Shown here in pieces: positions 33,995-40,631 of a stretch of DNA of 64,000 nt. The position numbers and the translations under genes were made by a program. The notes below the pieces were generated by a model that did no database searches, was not told the DNA's origin, and was given only the letters and a program-made list of their open reading frames with translations. Numbering within the stretch: the first letter of the stretch is position 1; each line of letters begins with the position of its first letter. This DNA is from an uncultured Acidobacteriota bacterium (GTDB taxonomy: Bacteria > Acidobacteriota > Blastocatellia > Pyrinomonadales > Pyrinomonadaceae): the NCBI GenBank assembly GCA_937871585.1, contig CALMPJ010000203.1, positions 3,963-67,962 on the forward strand. The letters are read 5' to 3'.

Positions 33995-34760
33995 GGTCGG
34001 AAAGCTACTGTACGATCGCGGGCATGTTGTCGCGTTTGACGGGAACGTGAGCATTCGGTTGGACGAGAATACCGTTGTGGCGACGCCGACTATGACCTCA
34101 AAAGGGCGAATGACCGAGGAATGTCTCGCTCTGACCGACATTGACGGCAAGGCCCTCAATGAAAATCGTGCTTCGTCCGAACTCGCGATGCATCTGCTGA
34201 TCTACAAGATGCGACCGGATATTATGGCGGTGTGCCATGCTCATTCGCCGCACGCGACGGCATTTTCGGCGGCAGGATTGGCGATCGACCAACCGATATT
34301 GTCCGAGGTGATACTGACGCTCGGCTGTGTGCCGCTGACAGATTACGGAACACCTTCGACCGACGAGCTGACCGAGGCCATGAAGCCATTCGTGCCGCAT
34401 CATAATGCATTGCTGATGGCGAATCACGGTGCCGTAGCTTACGGCGAGCATCTGTGGCAGGCATTTGACCGGCTTGAGACGCTGGAGCACACGGCAAAGA
34501 TCGCGATACTTGCCAAATCGCTTGGCGGTGCAAGAGATCTGCCAAGTGACGCCATTGAGAAGTTGATCGATATCCGCGAAAAGGCCGGTTTCCTTGGCCC
34601 AAATGCCCGTTGCCAGGCTTGCGGCTACCTGCACGAAGCAAACAGTTCGTGCGACCTCGATGTCAGTTATCCGCACAGCAACGGTTCAAACGAACCAAAG
34701 GTCTCGCTCACACGCGAACAATTGATCGAGCTTTTGAGCAAGGCGGCCAACTTAGGTTAG
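33960..34760 (+). CDS. Class II (FucA/RhaD-type, Zn-dependent) aldolase with a ~55-aa C-terminal extension
   Basis: ARKLIVEVGKLLYDRGHVVAFDGNVSIRL, SSELAMH (E74), CHAHSPH (H93, H95), MANHGAVAYG (H156). The tail carries CQACGYLHEANSSC and a terminal helix SLTREQLIELLSKAANLG. Confidence 0.85.
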   Translation: MDETSARKLIVEVGKLLYDRGHVVAFDGNVSIRLDENTVVATPTMTSKGRMTEECLALTDIDGKALNENRASSELAMHLLIYKMRPDIMAVCHAHSPHATAFSAAGLAIDQPILSEVILTLGCVPLTDYGTPSTDELTEAMKPFVPHHNALLMANHGAVAYGEHLWQAFDRLETLEHTAKIAILAKSLGGARDLPSDAIEKLIDIREKAGFLGPNARCQACGYLHEANSSCDLDVSYPHSNGSNEPKVSLTREQLIELLSKAANLG

Positions 34761-34763
34761 AAT
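34734..34763 (+). promoter_or_regulatory. Possible internal promoter for the shell genes
   Basis: TTGAGC, 18 nt, TAGAAT. The -10 element overlaps the aldolase stop codon. This is a weak call. Confidence 0.3.
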
Positions 34764-34797
34764 CTATTTTCACGTTATTTTTTAGGAGCAAAACTAA

Positions 34798-35076
34798 ATG
34801 CAAGAAGCATTAGGAATGGTTGAAACAAAGGGCCTCGTCGCGATGATCGAAGCTTCGGATGCGATGGTCAAGGCTGCGAATGTGCAGCTGGTCGGCTACG
34901 AAAAGATCGGTGCCGGATTTGTCACCGCGATCGTTCGCGGCGATGTTGCGGCTGTTAAGGCTGCGACCGATGCCGGAGCCGCCGCCGCTCGTCGCGTAGG
35001 CGAACTCGTCAGTGTCCACGTAATTCCGCGTCCGCACTCGAGCGTTGATGAGACGCTGCCGGTCGTCAAAAAGTAA
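34798..35076 (+). CDS. Bacterial microcompartment hexamer shell protein (BMC-H, PduA/EutM-like)
   Basis: [80 protein letters not shown] is nearly collinear with PduA. A strong AGGAG SD lies upstream. Confidence 0.95.
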   Translation: MQEALGMVETKGLVAMIEASDAMVKAANVQLVGYEKIGAGFVTAIVRGDVAAVKAATDAGAAAARRVGELVSVHVIPRPHSSVDETLPVVKK

Positions 35077-35146
35077 GCAGTAAGCAGTTAGCAGTAAGCA
35101 GATAATTCTGCGGGCCTGCTGACTGCTGACCGCTCACTGCTAACTG
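35077..35146 (+). repeat. Imperfect palindrome with heptamer-repeat arms (GCAGTAA)n / (CTGCTGA)n between BMC-H and the first BMC-P
   Basis: gcagtaagcagttagcagtaagcag ... ctgctgactgctgaccgctcactgctaactg. It fills the whole 72-nt intercistronic gap. Confidence 0.75.
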
Positions 35147-35148
35147 AA

Positions 35149-35418
35149 ATGATAATCGCACGCATAATGGGCACGGTCGTGTCCACGCAAAAAGACGAAC
35201 GCTTGCAGGGCAAGAAGCTGCTCATCGTCAAGCCGATCAATCTCGACGGCACCGACCAAAGCGGCTACGTTGTCTCCGTGGACACTGTCGGTGCGGGCTT
35301 TCACGAGAAAGTGATCGTTGTCAGCGGTTCGTCGGCACGACTTGCAGAGGGCAACAAAGATTGCCCGGTCGATAGCGCGATCATCGGCGTGATCGACGAG
35401 ATCGATTTCAAATCATAA
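35149..35418 (+). CDS. BMC pentamer vertex protein (BMC-P, EutN/CcmL/PduN family), copy 1
   Basis: MIIARIMGTVVSTQKDERLQGKKLLIV...VDTVGAGFHEKVIVVSGSSARLA...DSAIIGVIDEI. Confidence 0.9.
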   Translation: MIIARIMGTVVSTQKDERLQGKKLLIVKPINLDGTDQSGYVVSVDTVGAGFHEKVIVVSGSSARLAEGNKDCPVDSAIIGVIDEIDFKS

Positions 35419-35693
35419 TGCAGATCGCACGCGTCATCGGTACAGTTGTTTCGACCGTGAAGAACGAGGCTCTTCACGGTCGAAAGTTTCTGATCGTCCA
35501 AACTCTCGATGCTGATCTGAAACCAAAAGGATCTCCAACTGTCGCACTCGACGCAGTCGGCGCGGGAGAAGGCGAATTAGTTTTTTGGTGTCGCGGCAAA
35601 GAGGCTTCGTTCCCGTTCAAACGCGACGAAACACCGACCGACTGCACGATCGTCGGTATTATCGATTCTGATAAGCACGTATTTCAAGGCTAA
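35418..35693 (+). CDS. BMC pentamer vertex protein (BMC-P), copy 2
   Basis: MQIARVIGTVVSTVKNEALHGRKFLIV...LDAVGAGEGELV...DCTIVGIID. It has a TAATG overlap with copy 1. Confidence 0.85.
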   Translation: MQIARVIGTVVSTVKNEALHGRKFLIVQTLDADLKPKGSPTVALDAVGAGEGELVFWCRGKEASFPFKRDETPTDCTIVGIIDSDKHVFQG

Positions 35694-35968
35694 TGTTACT
35701 TGCTCGTGTCATCGGCAACGTCGTTGCCACGCAAAAGAATCAGCGTTACGAGGGAACTCGTGCGATGCTTTGCCGTCAGATCACACCTGAGGGCAAAGAT
35801 ATGGATTACACGTGCATCGCTCTCGACTCCGTAAACGCCGGCGAAGGCGACACCGTGATAATCGTTCAAGAAGGCTGGGGAGCCTCGACAGCCTCGACCG
35901 GAACGCCCGGAGCGGCGATAGATTCGGCGATAGTTGGTGTTGTTGATTACGTAGATTTGCTTAAATGA
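35693..35968 (+). CDS. BMC pentamer vertex protein (BMC-P), copy 3
   Basis: MLLARVIGNVVATQKNQRYEGTRAML...LDSVNAGEGDTVIIV...DSAIVGVVDYV. It has a TAATG overlap with copy 2. Confidence 0.85.
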   Translation: MLLARVIGNVVATQKNQRYEGTRAMLCRQITPEGKDMDYTCIALDSVNAGEGDTVIIVQEGWGASTASTGTPGAAIDSAIVGVVDYVDLLK

Positions 35969-36261
35969 GTTCCAAGGTCAAAACCGACAGTCCTAACGAT
36001 CTCTCTGCACTATTTGCAGCGATAGAGAAGATCGGGCATCGGCTCGATAAGATCGAGCAAGGCGGCTCGTCGCCCCAAATTTCAAATCTCAAATCTGAAA
36101 TTTCAAATTCACAAACCAATCATCCAAGCCTCGACAAACTCAACGTCGTCGAGGCTATTGCCGACAGCATTTTCAGCCATTACACCAAAGAAAAGGCCTG
36201 CCAGTTTGAACCTGACAAGCCTTGTGACCACTGTTCGATGTGTAACTCGAGAGGATTCTAG
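35965..36261 (+). CDS. 98-aa BMC-associated protein: two amphipathic helices, a low-complexity linker and a C-terminal CX7CX2CX2C motif
   Basis: It has an ATGA overlap with BMC-P3. DLSALFAAIEKIGHRLDKIE - GGSSPQISNLKSEISNSQTNHPS - LDKLNVVEAIADSIFSHY - ACQFEPDKPCDHCSMC. Confidence 0.5.
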   Translation: MSSKVKTDSPNDLSALFAAIEKIGHRLDKIEQGGSSPQISNLKSEISNSQTNHPSLDKLNVVEAIADSIFSHYTKEKACQFEPDKPCDHCSMCNSRGF

Positions 36262-36915
36262 CTACTTCGTTGCCGGAGCCGCAGGTGCAGGAGCGGCCGG
36301 AGCCGGTTTCCTTATTGAGTTTGCGTCTCCGACGCTCGGTACAGTTTTTCCTTTATCATCTGCCTGGAAGTACGGCTCTTCCTTAAATCCGAGCAGACCC
36401 GCAGTCAAGACAGCCGGAAATGAGTTTCGCGTGGTGTTGTAGGTTTGAACCGCCGCGTTATAGTCAAGGCGAGCTACATTGATCCGATTTTCGGTTCCCG
36501 AAAGTTCATCCTGCACTTTCATAAATGCATCGCTCGAACGAAGCTGCGGATACGTTTCCTGAAGGCTCAAGAGACGGCCAATTGTACCGCCAAAACTGTT
36601 GTTAGCATCAATCACCGCCTGCTTCTGCTCAGGTGACTTGTCACCGTCGGCTCCTGCTGGCGCAGCCTGTTGGGCGTTTAACAAACGTGATCTTGCGTCC
36701 GCGATCTGGCCGAACACTTCTTGTTCGTTGACTGCGGCCATCTTTGCTGTTTCGACCAAATTCGGTATCAGATCGGCGCGTCGCTGCATTGAGCTTTCGA
36801 CGTTTGACCACTTGGCCTTAACGCCCTGTTGTTGAGCCGTTAGTTCGTTATAGCTGCAGCCGCTCGCTCCAAGAGCGGCGAATATTGCTATTGAAAGTAA
36901 AATTGCTCGTTTCAT
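36262..36915 (-). CDS. lemA: LemA family protein
   Basis: YNELTAQQQGVKAKWSNVESSMQRRADLIPNLVETAKMAA...LRSSDAFMKVQDELSGTENRINVARLDYN. AGGAG SD. Confidence 0.9.
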   Translation of the reverse strand: MKRAILLSIAIFAALGASGCSYNELTAQQQGVKAKWSNVESSMQRRADLIPNLVETAKMAAVNEQEVFGQIADARSRLLNAQQAAPAGADGDKSPEQKQAVIDANNSFGGTIGRLLSLQETYPQLRSSDAFMKVQDELSGTENRINVARLDYNAAVQTYNTTRNSFPAVLTAGLLGFKEEPYFQADDKGKTVPSVGDANSIRKPAPAAPAPAAPATK

Positions 36916-36931
36916 AATGTTCTCCTAAAAG

Positions 36932-37651
36932 TTACGTTTTATCGATCTTGTCCACTGCATCAATGACCTTCTCGATCTGCTGCAGATAATCTCCAAATAG
37001 CTCGTTTATCGAGCGTTCGTCATAGACCGTCTTTCCGACATTTTCTCGAATGTCAAATATCTTATCAAATGGTGCGGCGTCGAGGTTCAAATGTTTGATC
37101 GCGAGCGCCACGATCTCGTGTTTTGTCGTCGGCGGTTCGAGGCCGTGAAGTATAAGCACCGCACGAAACAGAGCCGAAAAACTCGACAGGCTGTCTGCCA
37201 TGAGAGCCTTCAGACCATCGACCGTCTGTGACGCCGGAATGTAAGCTCGACGAAGCTGCAACAGCTTGCTGCGGAGCTCGTACTCAGCTTGCAAACGTAA
37301 GAATTTGTCCGATATAGACAGGCCTTCGAGCACGTCTTCGCCAAATAATACCTTGTGAGCGAGCGTCATTTGGTGAAACTCGATCGGGAACACGTCCGCA
37401 GCATTCGCGATCTCCGAACGCGTAAAATACATCGGGACAGGATGTCCCAACCGTCGCCATTCGCGAACGCACGCATGAGCGTTTCGAAGGTCAGCAGGGC
37501 CGATCTTTTCCAAAGCGATCATTGTGTTATAGTCCGACTGCTTCGGCACGAAATCACCGGCAGCGGCCGAACCGTACAATATTACCGACACGAGATTCTT
37601 GCCGTGTGTCGAACGGAGATCGTCAATAAAGGCCTGAAATTCCTGCATCAT
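36932..37651 (-). CDS. Nucleotidyltransferase-fold protein with a helical C-terminal, possibly HEPN-like, domain
   Basis: LYGSAAAGDFVPKQSDYN is a GS...DxD-like motif reading D-Y-N. The C-terminal helices contain RAVLILH (Rx5H). Confidence 0.5.
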   Translation of the reverse strand: MMQEFQAFIDDLRSTHGKNLVSVILYGSAAAGDFVPKQSDYNTMIALEKIGPADLRNAHACVREWRRLGHPVPMYFTRSEIANAADVFPIEFHQMTLAHKVLFGEDVLEGLSISDKFLRLQAEYELRSKLLQLRRAYIPASQTVDGLKALMADSLSSFSALFRAVLILHGLEPPTTKHEIVALAIKHLNLDAAPFDKIFDIRENVGKTVYDERSINELFGDYLQQIEKVIDAVDKIDKT

Positions 37652-37654
37652 AAC

Positions 37655-38548
37655 TTACCAATCTCCTCCTGCGCCGCCGCCTCCGAAATCTCCTCCGCCT
37701 CCGAAACCGCCCCAATCCGAGCCGCCTGACGAGCCGCCCCAGTCGCTTGATGACGAAGATGAACCGCCGCCTGAGCCCAGAACTCCGCCAATTATCCACG
37801 GCAACGCACTTGAACCGGAGTCATTACTCGATCCAAATCCGCCGCCGCCCCAACGGCTGCGGTCTTTCGAACTTGGACCGCCTTTGCTGCCGCGTGAGAC
37901 GATGATCAAGATAATGATAAATATTATCAAAGCACAGCAGAAGATACTGAAAACGGTCGTGCCTGCTCCAGGGCCGGAAACGGTGGGCTTCGTCGCGGTA
38001 TTCGTGTTGCCGGAGACGTTGCCTTTGCCGCGAATTGTGGCGATGTAGGCTAGAACGGTGTCGCTGATGCCTTTTCCGTAGGTGCCCTTTTTGAATTCCG
38101 GGACGAGATACTGCCGGTGCAACGAGCCGACGATGCCGTCGGGTAGCTCGTCTTCGAGGTCTTTGCTGACGTGCGTAAAATATTTGCGGTCGTCGATCGC
38201 GACGAACAATAGGGCGCTTGGGTTGTCGTCTTGTTTTGAGCCAATGCCCCAGCCACGGGCTACGGCGAGCGAGTAATCAAATATCGGCCTTTCGCCGGTC
38301 GTTTTGACGACGACAACGGCGATCTCGACTTGCGGGTTTGTGGTCTCTTTTAATTCACGAAGCGTCTTCTCGAGATCCGCTTTTGTCGCGGTGTCCAGAA
38401 CTCCGGCGTAATCATTTACGTGCCCCGTCGGTGCGGGCAATGGCGAATCGTTTTGCGAAAAAGAAGCTGATGCCGCCAGTAGGAGCAGGGCGGCCGCGAA
38501 GAGAGTTCGGAATTGGAAAGATCTTGCTTTCATCAAGTATGCGAACAT
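37655..38548 (-). CDS. TPM-domain protein (YgcG-like) with a TM helix and a Gly-rich tail
   Basis: GHVNDYAGVLD...EIAVVVVKTTGERPIFDYSLAVARGWGIG...ALLFVAIDDRKYF. The C-terminus is GGGGFGSS...GGGGDFGGGGAGGDW. Confidence 0.85.
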   Translation of the reverse strand: MFAYLMKARSFQFRTLFAAALLLLAASASFSQNDSPLPAPTGHVNDYAGVLDTATKADLEKTLRELKETTNPQVEIAVVVVKTTGERPIFDYSLAVARGWGIGSKQDDNPSALLFVAIDDRKYFTHVSKDLEDELPDGIVGSLHRQYLVPEFKKGTYGKGISDTVLAYIATIRGKGNVSGNTNTATKPTVSGPGAGTTVFSIFCCALIIFIIILIIVSRGSKGGPSSKDRSRWGGGGFGSSNDSGSSALPWIIGGVLGSGGGSSSSSSDWGGSSGGSDWGGFGGGGDFGGGGAGGDW

Positions 38549-38587
38549 TATCGCATGCTCAAACTAAATGTACGATTCGGCGATAAA

Positions 38588-40435
38588 TTAGGTTCCGGAA
38601 TTCGGTTTGAAGGCCGAAACGACCTCGGCTCGGAATATGCGTTTTGCTGCTCGGACTGTCGGATGAGCATTAGCGAAAGCAACGAGTTCGTCTGCTGTTG
38701 GAGCGTCGGACAATATGGGCACTTCGACCGCTGCGTCGCCTGACTTAAGGTCGGGAATGAGGTGCGACATGTCGCGTTTTGGGGCCGTGGATACGGCTGC
38801 ATTGGCGGCGTAGGCGGCCATTCGGCGGCTGATCGATTCGCCTGAAAATAACGCAACAAAACTTGCGGCTTGGGCTATCGGAAGCAGGCTGTCGCCTGTC
38901 GCGGCGAGCTGATCTTCGTAACGCTGATCGAGTTTTTCGTCGTCGACGTGTTCGAGATCTTCGCTTGAGAGGGACGCTAGTTGAAGAGGAACTCCGGACG
39001 ATATCGGCGGCGGCGTGTATTCGAACGGCGGCTCAAGATTGCCTGTCGGCTCGTCGAAGTCTGACGGTTGGTCATCGAAATACGGCGGCTCTTCCGGTTC
39101 GTTAATTTCCGATTCTTCTATTTGAACTTCGGCAACAGGCTCGACCGGTTTTGTTTCCAGTTTTATCGCCTCAATCTTGGGTTCAGGTGCTGGAATCGGC
39201 GGCGATACAGGCTCAACGATAGCGGGTTTGGGCTCAATTAGAGTTTTTTTTTCCGTGACGGCAGCATTGCCGTTCGATGCAGAACCGAGCTTTTCGATAA
39301 GGTCTTCGAGGTCGGCAAGTCGCCGCATTTCGGCAAGTTTAACTAGGCCGATCTCGAGTGTGTGACGCGAATGTGTGGCGGCGCGAAGCTGAGTCTCGGT
39401 TGTCGCAAGGGAATTGAAGAAGCGCGTCAGGTCGCTCGGCGAAAAATGTGCGGCAAGTTCAGCCAATTCTTCAGGCCGCAGACGCGCCGATTCAGTTAGT
39501 TTCTCGTCGCCGCCAGAAACCTTGAAAACTAGCATGTCGCGAGTCAGGCCGAGCATGTCTTTGCAGAAGTTGCGAAGGTCGTGACCGCGAGCTATCAGGT
39601 CGTCAACTGTTGTGAATATTGCCTTTACGTCGTTCGTGGCAATTGCGTTGACCGTGCCTTTCAGGACTTCAACGCCTGCAAATCCAAGTGCTTTTGTAAC
39701 ATCTTCGACTTCGATCTTTTCGCCGGAAAAACTGATGACCTGATCGAAATTGCTCTGCGCATCACGCATCGAACCTTCGCCCGAACGTGCTATTTCGCGT
39801 AGAGCTTCGTCCGTAACATTGACGCCTTCGGCGTCTGCGATCAAATGCAGACGATCGAAGATCTTCTGCAAAGCGATGGTTCGAAACTCGAACTCTTGCG
39901 ACCGCGAAGTGATCGTCTCCGGCACCTTGTGCAGCTCGGTCGTGGCTAGAATAAACACGACATTCGGCGGCGGTTCCTCGAGCGTTTTGAGCATCGCGTT
40001 GAACGCGTTGCGCGACAGCATGTGAACTTCGTCAACGATAAAGACCTTGAAACGGTCGCGTGCCGGACTGAAATTGATGCTGTCGAGTATCGTATCCCGC
40101 ACGTCATCAACGCCCGTGTGCGACGCGGCGTCGATCTCAATTACGTCGATCGAACGGCCCTCCGAGATCTCTATGCACGAAGGGCAAGCGTCGCCATTAG
40201 CCGTAGAACAAGGCGTTAGATTCGGTTTGTCGGTCGTTTTGTGGCAGTTTAGTGCCTTTGCCAAAATGCGTGCGGTCGTGGTCTTTCCGACGCCTCGCGA
40301 GCCCGAAAAGATGAACGCGTGATGCAGACGGTCGTGCTCGAGAGCGTTACGCAGCGTTTGCGTAATGGTCTCCTGGCCGGTGACTTCCTCAAAAGTCTGC
40401 GGCCGCCATTTTCGAGCAATGACCGTATATGACAT
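38588..40435 (-). CDS. dnaX: DNA polymerase III subunits tau/gamma
   Basis: ARKWRPQTFEEVTGQETITQTLRNALEHDRLHHAFIFSGSRGVGKTTTARILAKALNC. The zinc module is CPSC. The C-terminal region is Pro/Glu-rich. Confidence 0.95.
   Translation of the reverse strand: MSYTVIARKWRPQTFEEVTGQETITQTLRNALEHDRLHHAFIFSGSRGVGKTTTARILAKALNCHKTTDKPNLTPCSTANGDACPSCIEISEGRSIDVIEIDAASHTGVDDVRDTILDSINFSPARDRFKVFIVDEVHMLSRNAFNAMLKTLEEPPPNVVFILATTELHKVPETITSRSQEFEFRTIALQKIFDRLHLIADAEGVNVTDEALREIARSGEGSMRDAQSNFDQVISFSGEKIEVEDVTKALGFAGVEVLKGTVNAIATNDVKAIFTTVDDLIARGHDLRNFCKDMLGLTRDMLVFKVSGGDEKLTESARLRPEELAELAAHFSPSDLTRFFNSLATTETQLRAATHSRHTLEIGLVKLAEMRRLADLEDLIEKLGSASNGNAAVTEKKTLIEPKPAIVEPVSPPIPAPEPKIEAIKLETKPVEPVAEVQIEESEINEPEEPPYFDDQPSDFDEPTGNLEPPFEYTPPPISSGVPLQLASLSSEDLEHVDDEKLDQRYEDQLAATGDSLLPIAQAASFVALFSGESISRRMAAYAANAAVSTAPKRDMSHLIPDLKSGDAAVEVPILSDAPTADELVAFANAHPTVRAAKRIFRAEVVSAFKPNSGT
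39233..39253 (-). other. A9 slippery run inside dnaX with stops in both alternative frames
   Basis: Coding strand: GAA AAA AAA ACT CTA ATT GAG. One alternative frame reads AAC TCT AAT TGA and the other reads CTC TAA. The site is at codons 395-401 of 615. Confidence 0.6.
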
Positions 40436-40596
40436 TGGTTAAAGGATAAAGGAAAAAGGAAAAAGGATAAAGTTCGGAACAGAATGAGAAGGTGTGTCAT
40501 TTTGATGCCGCGTTGCAATTCCGCCGCGTTTCCGCCAAACCGCCGTTTCACCTCGTTCCGCCACGGTTGAAAACGATAGCGTTCAAAAGTTTAATG

Positions 40597-40625
40597 TTGA
40601 CACTATGTTGCACAAACGATACAAT
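40597..40625 (+). promoter_or_regulatory. Consensus-like sigma-70 promoter, probably giving a leaderless mRNA
   Basis: TTGACA, 17 nt, TACAAT. The ATG at 40632 lies 6 nt after the -10 hexamer. Confidence 0.5.
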
Positions 40626-40631
40626 AGCAGC

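Noticed and set aside
37792-37799. A DnaA-box-like TTATCCAC, and the presence of gyrA and dnaX, considered as hints of a replication origin.
   Set aside because: It is a single 8-mer inside the TPM-domain CDS. I saw no cluster of DnaA boxes and no AT-rich unwinding element, and neither dnaA nor dnaN is in the window.
40436-40596. Searched the dnaX upstream region for an SRP RNA (ffs) gene, which often precedes dnaX.
   Set aside because: No conserved SRP domain IV-like hairpin or GNAR tetraloop context is recognisable. The region is a purine/pyrimidine word tract plus ordinary sequence.
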